Positions 55,007 to 63,605 of a stretch of 64,000 bases of DNA are shown one piece after another. The notes beneath the pieces were generated by a model, which had not been told where the DNA came from, made no database searches, and worked only from the letters and a program-made list of their open reading frames with translations. The position numbers and the translations under genes were made by a program. Location: NCBI GenBank assembly GCA_041651955.1, contig JBAZIG010000001.1, positions 9,594 to 73,593 on the forward strand, given 5' to 3'. Origin of the DNA: Minisyncoccota bacterium (GTDB lineage: Bacteria; Patescibacteriota; Minisyncoccia; Minisyncoccales; Minisyncoccaceae). Each line of letters begins with the position of its first letter. Position 1 is the first letter of the stretch.

Positions 55007-57127
55007 ATGACAACAAAAAACCACATTACTAAAGTTCAAAAAAGAAACGGAGATATTGTAGAATTTGTACCAGATAAGATTTTCAGTGCCGTTTTTAAAG
55101 CAATTACTGCAACCAAGCAAGGTAATGGCAAAAAAACTCAACACATTTCAGATTGTGTTATAAAAATTCTTAATAGAAGGTTTAAAAAAGATGAAATTCC
55201 TAACGTTGAACAAATCCAGGATATCGTAGAAGAAGTTTTAATTTTAGAAGGAGAAGCAATTGCAGCAAAGGGATTCATATTATACAGAGAACAAAGAAGA
55301 ATAATTAGAGAATCGCAACTAACTGCCGAAGAAGCAGTTGATAGAGTAGATGATTATCTAGACAAGCTTGATTGGGAGGTTCAGGAGAATTCAAATATGA
55401 CTTTTTCTTTGCAGGGGCTTAATCATTATGGTGTTTCCTATATCGTAAAAAAGTATTGGTTAAATAAAGTTTATCCTGCCGAAGTAAGAGAAGCAAACCA
55501 ATCAGGAGATATTCATTTACACAACCTAGACACTCTTGCATGCTACTGTGTTGGTTGGGATTTATATGATTTATTGCTAAAAGGTTTTGGTGGCGTTAAT
55601 GGTAAAATTGAATCATCTCCACCCAAGCATTTTAGATCAGCCCTAGGACAAGTAGTTAACTTTATGTATACTCTTCAGGGAGAAGCAGCTGGTGCAGTTT
55701 CATTCTCTAATTTTGATACCCTTTTAGCTCCATTTATTCGCTATGATAATTTAAGTTATCCTCAGGTTGAACAAGCAATACAAGAATTTTTGTATAATAT
55801 GGCTGTTCCTACAAGGGTGGGCTTCCAATGTCCTTTTACAAATGTGACACTGGATTTAAAACCAGCATCTACTTTTGCTAATCAAAGTGTTATAGTTGGT
55901 GGCATTCCTCAAAAAGAAACATATTCTGAATTTGAAGAAGAAATGAAAATGCTTGATAAGGCCTTTTATACGTCAATGATCAAAGGAGATAAAACAGGAA
56001 GACCATTTTCTTTCCCAATCCCTACAATAAACATTACACCTGATTTTCCATGGGAAGATCCAGCATTAGATCCATTATTTGAGGCATCAGCAAAATACGG
56101 GATAAATTATTTTGCCAATTATGTTAATTCTGATATGAAGCCAGAGGATGCTCGTTCAATGTGTTGTCGTTTGCGACTAGATATGACTCAATTAGCGAAT
56201 AGGGGTGGTGGTGGGTTATTTGGCTCTGGATCTTTAACTGGAAGTATTGGAGTAGTGACAATTAATTTGCCAAGAATAGGTTATTTATCTAAAACAAAAA
56301 AAGAATTTTTTGAAAGATTAGAAAAAATGATGGATATTGCTAAAGAAAGTCTAGAGATTAAAAGAAAAACCATTGAAGAGTTTACCTCTAAAGGTCTTTA
56401 TCCTTATTCTAAGCACTATTTATCAGGAGTTAAAAAGGCGAAGGGGCAATATTTTGCAAACCATTTTTCTACAATTGGAATTTGCGGAATGAATGAAGCG
56501 CTGCTTAATTTTATGGGAGAGGATATTGGCTCAAAGAAAGGAAGGACTTTTACATTAGAGGTGATGAACTTTATGAGAGACATTCTTATAAAATATCAAA
56601 ACGAGACAAAGAATATATATAATCTAGAGGCCACTCCTGCTGAATCAACATCTTATAGATTTGCTCAAAAAGATAGAAAACTTTATCCCGACATCATTGC
56701 CTTGGGAACTAAAAAGGTTCCATATTATACCAACTCAACTCAATTACCAGTAAATTATACAGATGATATTTTTGAAGAAGTTAAACTTCAAGACGAAATA
56801 CAATGTAAATATACTGGTGGAACCGTAGAGCATATTTTTATCGGAGAAGAAATATCGGACATTGAATCAGTTAAATCATTAGTAAGAAGAATTTTTGAAA
56901 AGAATAGATTGCCTTATATTACAATTACTCCAACATTTTCAATTTGTCCTACTCATGGCTATATTGCTGGAAAACACTTTAATTGTCCTAAGTGTGCGAT
57001 TGAACAACCATGCGAAGTTTATTCCAGAGTAGTGGGATATTTAAGGCCAGTTTCTCAATGGAACGAGGGCAAACAACAAGAATTTAAAGACAGGAAAGAG
57101 TTCAAGAAGTCATTATTTAAAAAATAA
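55007..57127 (+). CDS. nrdD: anaerobic ribonucleoside-triphosphate reductase (class III, NrdD) with N-terminal ATP-cone
   Basis: ATP-cone (VQKRNGDIVEF), NrdD core blocks (CCRLRLD), C-terminal Cys/His cluster and glycyl-radical loop YSRVVGYLRP. ATG 55007 is preferred over the track start 54998, which overlaps the -10. Confidence 0.95.
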   Translation: MTTKNHITKVQKRNGDIVEFVPDKIFSAVFKAITATKQGNGKKTQHISDCVIKILNRRFKKDEIPNVEQIQDIVEEVLILEGEAIAAKGFILYREQRRIIRESQLTAEEAVDRVDDYLDKLDWEVQENSNMTFSLQGLNHYGVSYIVKKYWLNKVYPAEVREANQSGDIHLHNLDTLACYCVGWDLYDLLLKGFGGVNGKIESSPPKHFRSALGQVVNFMYTLQGEAAGAVSFSNFDTLLAPFIRYDNLSYPQVEQAIQEFLYNMAVPTRVGFQCPFTNVTLDLKPASTFANQSVIVGGIPQKETYSEFEEEMKMLDKAFYTSMIKGDKTGRPFSFPIPTINITPDFPWEDPALDPLFEASAKYGINYFANYVNSDMKPEDARSMCCRLRLDMTQLANRGGGGLFGSGSLTGSIGVVTINLPRIGYLSKTKKEFFERLEKMMDIAKESLEIKRKTIEEFTSKGLYPYSKHYLSGVKKAKGQYFANHFSTIGICGMNEALLNFMGEDIGSKKGRTFTLEVMNFMRDILIKYQNETKNIYNLEATPAESTSYRFAQKDRKLYPDIIALGTKKVPYYTNSTQLPVNYTDDIFEEVKLQDEIQCKYTGGTVEHIFIGEEISDIESVKSLVRRIFEKNRLPYITITPTFSICPTHGYIAGKHFNCPKCAIEQPCEVYSRVVGYLRPVSQWNEGKQQEFKDRKEFKKSLFKK
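57017..57097 (+). repeat. direct repeat copy 1 (81 nt, the nrdD 3' end encoding the glycyl-radical loop)
   Basis: 77/81 identical to 57297-57377. Codon-aligned in both genes. Confidence 0.9.
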
Positions 57128-57131
57128 AACT

Positions 57132-57392
57132 ATGAATTGTCATGATTGCAACAAAGAAATAATATTTGATGGCGAAGAAATAAAAAATGGAAAGTTATTA
57201 AAATACTCTTTACCTAACGGAGAAGAAAAGATGATTTACAAATGCAATGATTGTTTTTCTAAAGATCAAAGTTTGAGAAATTATCAAGAGACAGAGGTTT
57301 ATTCCAGAGTAGTAGGATATTTAAGGCCAGTTTCTCAATGGAATGAAGGCAAACAAAAAGAATTTAAAGACAGGAAAACCTTTAATATATGA
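57132..57392 (+). CDS. 86-aa zinc-ribbon protein carrying a copy of the NrdD glycyl-radical C-terminal loop
   Basis: CHDC...CNDC knuckles, then EVYSRVVGYLRPVSQWNEGKQKEFKDRK (26/27 identical to the NrdD C-terminus). It lies 4 nt after the nrdD stop and has an ATGA overlap with nrdG. Confidence 0.7.
   Translation: MNCHDCNKEIIFDGEEIKNGKLLKYSLPNGEEKMIYKCNDCFSKDQSLRNYQETEVYSRVVGYLRPVSQWNEGKQKEFKDRKTFNI
57297..57377 (+). repeat. direct repeat copy 2 (81 nt)
   Basis: Four mismatches to copy 1: GTG/GTA, AAC/AAT, GAG/GAA (all synonymous) and CAA/AAA (Q/K). Confidence 0.9.
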
Positions 57393-58069
57393 AAATCGGG
57401 GGACTACAAAAAGTAACCTTAATAGATTATCCGGGCAAGGTTGCTTGCACGGTTTTTCTTTCTGGGTGTAATTTTAGATGTCCTTTTTGTTATTCTCCAG
57501 AGCTTGTTTTGCCCGAAGAAATTAAAAAACATCCCACTATTTCCGAAAAAGATTTCTTTTATTTTTTGTCAGAAAAAAAGGGTTTATTAGACGCTTGCGT
57601 TATATGTGGAGGAGAGCCAACGATACACGGAAAAGAGTTAGTTGATTTTTGTAAGAGAATAAAAGAGATGGGTTTTTTAATAAAATTGGATACTAATGGA
57701 AGTAATCCCGATATTTTAAAAAAGGTTATTCCCTTTATTGATTATATTGCAATGGATATTAAGTCACCCTTAGATGAAAGATATAAGATCTTTTCTAGCA
57801 TTGATTGTTTAGACAAAATTAAGGAATCAATACAAATAATTAAAAACTCTAATCTTGATTATGAATTTAGAACGACCATTACAAGCCACTCAATAGATGA
57901 CATTTTAAAAATAGCAGAATACATTAGTCCTGCTAAAAAGTATTTTTTGCAAAGATTTGTTAGTGAAAAAGAAAACATTTCAGGAGAAAGTTATTTTACA
58001 AAAGAAGAAGATTTAGAAATAATAAGGGATAGAATAAAAAACCTTTTTGAAATTTTTGAAATAAGATAA
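57389..58069 (+). CDS. nrdG: anaerobic ribonucleotide reductase activating protein (radical SAM, NrdG)
   Basis: CNFRCPFC cluster motif, GGEPT, and the position downstream of nrdD. Confidence 0.9.
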   Translation: MKIGGLQKVTLIDYPGKVACTVFLSGCNFRCPFCYSPELVLPEEIKKHPTISEKDFFYFLSEKKGLLDACVICGGEPTIHGKELVDFCKRIKEMGFLIKLDTNGSNPDILKKVIPFIDYIAMDIKSPLDERYKIFSSIDCLDKIKESIQIIKNSNLDYEFRTTITSHSIDDILKIAEYISPAKKYFLQRFVSEKENISGESYFTKEEDLEIIRDRIKNLFEIFEIR

Positions 58070-58632
58070 TGCTTCCTCTTTACGACAAAGTAAAAGTTAA
58101 GAGCGGGATTCCTTGGGGGATAATTTTTTTGGTTTTAATTAATTCTTTTGTTTTTTTTGTATTTCCAGATATTAATTTCTTTTCTTTTTCTTTAAACAAT
58201 ATATGGAACGGAATGTTATTTACCTTAATAACTTCTCTTTTTTTACATGGAAATTTTTTACATCTTATAATTAATATGTGGTTTTTATGGGTTTTTGGGT
58301 TGAATATTGAAATGCGTCTAGGAACATTTAAATTTTTATTATTTTATTTATTGTGTGGTATTGTTGGGTCTATTCTTTTCACTATTTCTGCTGATGTTAT
58401 GATTATCGGAGCATCAGCATCAATTTCTGGTCTTTTGGGTGGTTATTTAATTTTATTTCCCAAAAACAAAATAAAGGCACTTTTCCCACCAATATATTTA
58501 CCAGCAGTAATTTATATTTTTGTATGGTTTTTGTTTCAGATTTTTTCTGTTAGCCAGATGAATGCCTCCACGGCTTATTTGGCGCATATCGGTGGTTTTG
58601 TTGCGGGAATTATTTTAATTAAGAAAATATGA
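58069..58632 (+). CDS. rhomboid-family intramembrane serine protease
   Basis: HGNFLHLIINM, catalytic GASASISG and AHIGGF motifs. Six TM segments. Confidence 0.85.
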   Translation: MLPLYDKVKVKSGIPWGIIFLVLINSFVFFVFPDINFFSFSLNNIWNGMLFTLITSLFLHGNFLHLIINMWFLWVFGLNIEMRLGTFKFLLFYLLCGIVGSILFTISADVMIIGASASISGLLGGYLILFPKNKIKALFPPIYLPAVIYIFVWFLFQIFSVSQMNASTAYLAHIGGFVAGIILIKKI

Positions 58633-60002
58633 CCAATTCTCAAAAGTTTATTCTTTTATCTTTAAGTTTTATTGGAGGCATTTGTTTTGCCTCTTATTTT
58701 TTTGCTCTTAAAATTTTTCTTTTAGGATTAATTTTAATGATTAACAAAAGATTTGTTTTGGCTGGTCTTTGTATTATATTTTTTTCTTTGGGATGTTTTC
58801 GCGTTGAAAGCGAAATAAATAAAATAAATCAAAATTATTTATTTTCTTTTCATGAAAAAGAGGTGATATTAAGAGGGGTTATTTTGGGGGAAGTAAAACA
58901 AAAAGATGAGAAAACTGAAATAACGTTGGGCAATGTTTTAATTTTTACAGACAAGTATTCTTTTTTAAAATATGGTGATGAAATTAAAGCAAGGGGAACC
59001 TTAAGAATTGCGCAAGAGATTGATAGTTTTGATTATCAGGGATATTTAGCTAAAAGTGGTATTATTGGAACAATGGCCTATCCAGAAATAGAATTAGTTA
59101 AAAGTCATGGTGGAATCCTAAAGGGCATTTATGATTTTAAAGAGAAAAGCTCCCAGAAGATAAGAGAATTAATATCTCCGCAAGTTAGCCCGATACTAGA
59201 AGCCATAATTTTGGGTAATTCTGGCAAAATTAATAAAGAAACAAGAGATTTTTTGAGTAAAAGCGGAACAAGTCATATTGTTGCCATATCTGGAATGCAT
59301 ATAGTTATATTTTCAACAATTATTTTTTGGTTATTAATTAATTTGGGCTTATGGAGAAAACAAGCGCTATCGTTTTCAATTTTTTTCATTTTTTTATATG
59401 TTTTTTTAGTTGGTTTTCCTGCATCTGCCCTAAGGGCTGGCATAATGATTTCTTTTCTTTTTATTGCCGAATTTTTTGATAGAAAATCATTTAATTTAAA
59501 AACTCTTATATTAACAAGTGCGATACTTCTTTTATTCAATCCTTTATTATTAAAATACGATTTAGGTTTTCAACTTTCTTTTTTGGCTGTTTTGGGAATT
59601 ATATTAACAAGCAGTACTTTTAATAATTGGTTTAGTTTTATAGGGTGGAAAAAAGCAAGAGAGATTGTTGCTGTAACTGCTTCAGCCCAAGTTTTTAGCT
59701 TGCCCGTCCTAATATCTTCTTTTGGTTATTTTTCAATAGTTTCCTTTTTCACTAATCTGCTTATTCTACCTATTATTAGTATTATTATGATTTTGGGCAT
59801 ATTAATTGTTTTACTTCCTTTTGCTTTTATTTTTACCATTCCTTGTTCTTTATTGCTGTTTTATTTATTATTAGTTATTAGTTTTTTTGCTCAATTACCA
59901 TTTGCTACGTTAAAAATTCCTATTTTTATAATTTTGTTGTTATATATTCCATTTTTATATTTTGTTTATAAAAGCAATAAAAAGGACTTGGAGTTTTTAT
60001 AA
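58629..60002 (+). CDS. comEC: ComEC/Rec2 family competence channel protein (no metallo-beta-lactamase domain)
   Basis: N-terminal DUF4131-like OB region, then the competence domain (SGTSHIVAISGMHI, LSFLAV). Confidence 0.8.
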   Translation: MTNSQKFILLSLSFIGGICFASYFFALKIFLLGLILMINKRFVLAGLCIIFFSLGCFRVESEINKINQNYLFSFHEKEVILRGVILGEVKQKDEKTEITLGNVLIFTDKYSFLKYGDEIKARGTLRIAQEIDSFDYQGYLAKSGIIGTMAYPEIELVKSHGGILKGIYDFKEKSSQKIRELISPQVSPILEAIILGNSGKINKETRDFLSKSGTSHIVAISGMHIVIFSTIIFWLLINLGLWRKQALSFSIFFIFLYVFLVGFPASALRAGIMISFLFIAEFFDRKSFNLKTLILTSAILLLFNPLLLKYDLGFQLSFLAVLGIILTSSTFNNWFSFIGWKKAREIVAVTASAQVFSLPVLISSFGYFSIVSFFTNLLILPIISIIMILGILIVLLPFAFIFTIPCSLLLFYLLLVISFFAQLPFATLKIPIFIILLLYIPFLYFVYKSNKKDLEFL

Positions 60003-60016
60003 CAATAAGATATAAT
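59988..60016 (+). promoter_or_regulatory. candidate promoter of the 60023-63194 gene string (leaderless geometry)
   Basis: TTGGAG (59988-59993), 17 nt, TATAAT (60011-60016), 6 nt, ATG 60023. Confidence 0.45.
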
Positions 60017-60022
60017 TTTATT

Positions 60023-61306
60023 ATGAACAAAAAGGCATGGGTAGTTTCAATAAATATGGGCTATGGACACCAGAGAACGGCTTATCCGTTAAGGTTTTTG
60101 GCTAAAAATAATGAAATAATTTGCGCTAATGATTATTCTGATATTCCCGAAAAAGACAAAAAAATATGGAGCAGTTCAAGGCAATTTTATGAGATGGTTT
60201 CAAGATTTAAAAAAGTTCCATTGTTGGGCGAACTATCTTTCTATTTATTTGATCTAACCCAAAAAATAAATGATTTTTATTCTAAAAGAAATTTGTTTTT
60301 GCCAAGTTTTACTCAAAGAAGAACATATCCTTTATTTAAAAAAGGATGGGGAAAGCATTTGATAGAAAAATTAAGTGGTAAAATTCCATATATTTCTGTT
60401 TTTCACAATACTGCATTTATGGCCGAGTATTTTAATTATCCTGGTGAAATTTTTTGTGTTGTTTGTGATACTGATATAGCAAGGAGTTGGGCACCATTAC
60501 ATCCAAAGGAATCAAGAATTAAGTATTTTACTCCCAATAAAAGAACAACCAAAAGATTAATTTCTTACGGAGTTAAAAAAGAAAATATATTTTTGACAGG
60601 ATATCCTTTACCATTAGAAAATACCGAAGAAAAAGTTTTAATAGATGATATTAAAAATAGAATTATTAATTTAGATCCAGCTTTAAAATATAGAGAAAAA
60701 TATAGTTTTGTAATTCGTGAAAAATTAGGCAAGCTTCCAGAAAAATCAGACCATCCTCTAACAATAACTTTTTGTGTTGGAGGAGCGGGAGCGCAAAAAG
60801 AAATAGGAGTTAAACTAGTAAGAAAGTTGAAAAAACAGATTTTTGATAAAAGATTAAAAATAATTTTAGTTGCTGGAACCAAAAAAAATATAAGAGATTA
60901 TTTTGAAAAAGAAATTATTAATGGTGGATTGGGTAATTTTATTGGTCACGGCGTTGAAATAATTTATGCCAACAACTTTGGTGATTACTACGATGCTTTT
61001 AATTTAGTTCTTCACAAAACAGATATTTTGTGGACCAAACCAAGTGAATTATCTTTTTATACTGCTTTAGGTCTACCAATTATCATTGCTCCTCCGATTG
61101 GTTCGCAAGAGGACTTTAACAGGAGGTGGCTTTTAAAGTCTGGATTTGCGATTGATCAGAGAGATGTAGAACACATTAAAGATTGGCTTTATGATTGGAT
61201 AGATTCTGGATATTTGGCTGAAATGGCAATAGAGGCCTATATTGAAGGAGAAAGAGGTGGTGTTAGTAAAATTAAGGAATATATTGAAAAATGCTCTGGA
61301 TTTTAG
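60023..61306 (+). CDS. GT-B glycosyltransferase, MGDG-synthase/UgtP-like (GT28-like)
   Basis: N-terminal GYGHQRTA motif and C-terminal TKPSELSFYTALGLPIIIAPPIGSQEDFN block, which resembles MGDG-synthase-type enzymes. Assignment rests on motif similarity only. Confidence 0.45.
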   Translation: MNKKAWVVSINMGYGHQRTAYPLRFLAKNNEIICANDYSDIPEKDKKIWSSSRQFYEMVSRFKKVPLLGELSFYLFDLTQKINDFYSKRNLFLPSFTQRRTYPLFKKGWGKHLIEKLSGKIPYISVFHNTAFMAEYFNYPGEIFCVVCDTDIARSWAPLHPKESRIKYFTPNKRTTKRLISYGVKKENIFLTGYPLPLENTEEKVLIDDIKNRIINLDPALKYREKYSFVIREKLGKLPEKSDHPLTITFCVGGAGAQKEIGVKLVRKLKKQIFDKRLKIILVAGTKKNIRDYFEKEIINGGLGNFIGHGVEIIYANNFGDYYDAFNLVLHKTDILWTKPSELSFYTALGLPIIIAPPIGSQEDFNRRWLLKSGFAIDQRDVEHIKDWLYDWIDSGYLAEMAIEAYIEGERGGVSKIKEYIEKCSGF

Positions 61307-62193
61307 CAATAACTTCAGCTTATTTTTGTTTTGCCCTAGCTTCACTTGGAGATAGGATTGTTTTGTCTGGTCCATCTCGCCCCAAATCATATACTTTTTT
61401 CGTTGGTATATTAAGCGCCGCAGTAATTTTATTGATTCCCTTTATTGGTATTAATGTTCCTCAGGGTTTGTTATGGTTATGGATTATTTTAGCTGCTCTT
61501 TTTAATATATTAGGAATATATTCAATGTTTACAGCATTGGATGATTTTGATGTTTCTAAAATTGTTCCAACTGTTGGAGCGTTGCAACCAATTTTTGTTG
61601 TGATTTTTTCTCTTTTAATTTGGGGGGGGTACGCAATGAAAGAAAACCAAATAATTGCTTTTGCCATACTCTTACTCGGAAGCGTTTTAATTTCAATTGA
61701 AAAAAATTATCGTGTTACTAGAAGAAGTTTAAAATTATCATTTTTTGCCGCTTTGTTTTTTTCTCTGGAAATGATTTTCGCAAAGATTGCTTATTTAGAC
61801 ATTAATTTTTGGGACGGCTTTATTTGGATGAAGATATTTGGCTTTGTTTTTGTTGTAGGATTTCTTTTTAATAAAACATTTAGAAGTGACGTATTTAAAA
61901 TTGATCAAAAATTAGATAAAAAAAATAGTATAATATTTTTCTTAGCTCAAGGGTTTGGTGGCCTAGCTAATATCCTTCAGGGCTGGGCAATTTCTTTGGT
62001 ACCACTGGCTTATTTAGGAATTATGAATGCTATGAAGGGTCTTCAGTACATCTTTTTATTTATTTTTGTATTAATAATATCTATTATCGTCCCTAAATTA
62101 TTAAACGAAAAGACATCTAAAAGGATTATAGTCCAAAGAATTATAGCTATTATTTTAATAATTATAGGATTATCTATATTATATTTTCTATGA
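61291..62193 (+). CDS. EamA/DMT-superfamily transporter
   Basis: 10 TM segments arranged as two 5-TM halves. Confidence 0.65.
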   Translation: MLWILAITSAYFCFALASLGDRIVLSGPSRPKSYTFFVGILSAAVILLIPFIGINVPQGLLWLWIILAALFNILGIYSMFTALDDFDVSKIVPTVGALQPIFVVIFSLLIWGGYAMKENQIIAFAILLLGSVLISIEKNYRVTRRSLKLSFFAALFFSLEMIFAKIAYLDINFWDGFIWMKIFGFVFVVGFLFNKTFRSDVFKIDQKLDKKNSIIFFLAQGFGGLANILQGWAISLVPLAYLGIMNAMKGLQYIFLFIFVLIISIIVPKLLNEKTSKRIIVQRIIAIILIIIGLSILYFL

Positions 62194-63194
62194 ACAAAGT
62201 TTTAGAAAATATTGCCAGGGTTGTTTCAGAAAACAGGGGCTCCTATGAAGTAATTAATAAAAGGGGCAGATTTCTGGCAAAGATAACTGGAAAGCAAATG
62301 ATTAAGGCCTCTTCAAGAGAGGATTATCCTGTTGTTGGTGATTGGGTTGAAATTACAGAAATTGATTCAAGATTGGCCTTGATAAATAAGATATTGCCAA
62401 GAAAAACAATGATAAGAAGAAGTCGAGGCAATAATGAAATTCAAATTATTGGAACAAACATTGACGTAGCTTTTGTGGTTGAATCAGTTAATCACGATTA
62501 TAATCTTAATCGTCTTGAAAGGTATTTTACAATTTTGCGCGATGAGAACATAAAGATGGTTGTTGTTTTTAATAAAATAGACCTGATCTCTAAAAAAGAA
62601 ATAGAAGAAATCATATCTCAAACAAAAAAAAGATTTGATATTGTTGATATTATTTTAACTAACGCCCTTGATGAAAAAGGAACAGATGATTTAAAAAAAT
62701 ATATTGAAAAAGATAAAACTTATTGTTTTCTTGGTTCTTCTGGTGTTGGTAAATCTTCTTTGATTAATAAATTGATTGGAGAAGAAAATATTAAAACGGG
62801 GGAAATAAACGAATACAATGAAAGAGGAAGGCATATCACCGTTAGAAGAGAAATGTATTTTTTAAAAAATGGAGGTATGGTGATAGACAATCCTGGAATC
62901 AGAGGAGTTGGGATTGCCAATACTAAAGTAGAAGATTCTTTTGATCAGATATCAAAAATTGCAAAAAAATGCAGGTATAAAGATTGTTCTCATATTAATG
63001 AGCCAGGGTGTGCAGTTCTTAGGGCACTAAAAGCAGGAAAATTAGACGAATCAAAATATAATAATTATATAAACCTTAAGAAAGAGTCGGAGTTTTATGA
63101 AATGTCAGAAATTGAAAAGAGAAAGAAAGATAAAGATTTTGGAAAATTCATAAAAGAAGCGAAAAAAGAAATTGATAAATATAATAATTATTGA
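62190..63194 (+). CDS. rsgA: ribosome small-subunit-dependent GTPase A
   Basis: Circularly permuted GTPase (NKIDL before GSSGVGKSSLINKL). C-terminal zinc motif CRYKDCSHINEPGCAV. Confidence 0.9.
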   Translation: MNKVLENIARVVSENRGSYEVINKRGRFLAKITGKQMIKASSREDYPVVGDWVEITEIDSRLALINKILPRKTMIRRSRGNNEIQIIGTNIDVAFVVESVNHDYNLNRLERYFTILRDENIKMVVVFNKIDLISKKEIEEIISQTKKRFDIVDIILTNALDEKGTDDLKKYIEKDKTYCFLGSSGVGKSSLINKLIGEENIKTGEINEYNERGRHITVRREMYFLKNGGMVIDNPGIRGVGIANTKVEDSFDQISKIAKKCRYKDCSHINEPGCAVLRALKAGKLDESKYNNYINLKKESEFYEMSEIEKRKKDKDFGKFIKEAKKEIDKYNNY

Positions 63195-63256
63195 CTTTTT
63201 TCTCTTTTTATTTTACCCTTATTAAGGTTCTCCAAAATGTGGGGCCAGGAGTTATC

Positions 63257-63547
63257 ATGCTCGGAGAAATCGCTAAAAAGTTGAAAAATGAAAAGGGTTA
63301 CGAAGAGATCAAGTATTGTCAGGTAGTAAGAGGTGTGCCGACAAACTTCATTTCTTGTGAAGTTAAGGGCCTCTTTTTCTGGAAGAATATTCTCTGGATT
63401 GATCTCGGAGAATTTGAGGAAGACAACTTCTGTTTCTGGACGAAAGACCCGCAAATTGACGCAATCGTGAGGGAGGTCGCAACATCTTATGGCATAAAAT
63501 GCCGCGAGGTGTTTAGGGATCATTTCCCCCCAGTAGGGTCTTATTAA
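63257..63547 (+). CDS. hypothetical 96-aa protein on a GC-rich island (probably foreign)
   Basis: AGGAG lies 5 nt upstream of ATG 63257 and an intrinsic terminator lies 3 nt after the stop. Hand count gives 44.7% GC against 22-23% in the flanks. Codon usage is atypical. No family recognised. Confidence 0.5.
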   Translation: MLGEIAKKLKNEKGYEEIKYCQVVRGVPTNFISCEVKGLFFWKNILWIDLGEFEEDNFCFWTKDPQIDAIVREVATSYGIKCREVFRDHFPPVGSY

Positions 63548-63549
63548 CA

Positions 63550-63571
63550 AACAGGAAAATCCTGTTTTTTT
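63550..63571 (+). terminator. intrinsic terminator after the 96-aa ORF
   Basis: AACAGG (63550-63555) / CCTGTT (63561-63566), 5-nt loop, then a T-run 63567-63571. Confidence 0.65.
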
Positions 63572-63598
63572 GATTTTTTTACAATTTTTTTGTATAAT
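63570..63598 (+). promoter_or_regulatory. candidate promoter of the last gene (leaderless geometry)
   Basis: TTGATT (63570-63575), 17 nt, TATAAT (63593-63598), 7 nt, ATG 63606. Confidence 0.45.
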
Positions 63599-63605
63599 AA
63601 CAATA

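Noticed and set aside
63226-63539. The GC-rich island as a structured RNA gene (RNase P RNA, SRP RNA or 6S RNA).
   Set aside because: I could not find conserved RNase P (GAAAGUCCGGGC-type) or SRP (GGAA/GNAR-loop-type) blocks on either strand. A 96-118 codon open frame with an SD and a terminator is unlikely for a non-coding RNA. A covariance-model scan would confirm this.
63188-63550. A 120-aa minus-strand ORF that mirrors the 96-aa plus-strand ORF on the GC island.
   Set aside because: It needs a TTG start and has no SD. The only terminator (hairpin plus T-run, 63550-63571) is oriented for the plus strand. It sits in the codon-aligned antisense register, which stays open automatically when the sense gene avoids TTA/CTA/TCA. 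I kept it as an observation, not a gene. Strand-specific RNA data would settle it.
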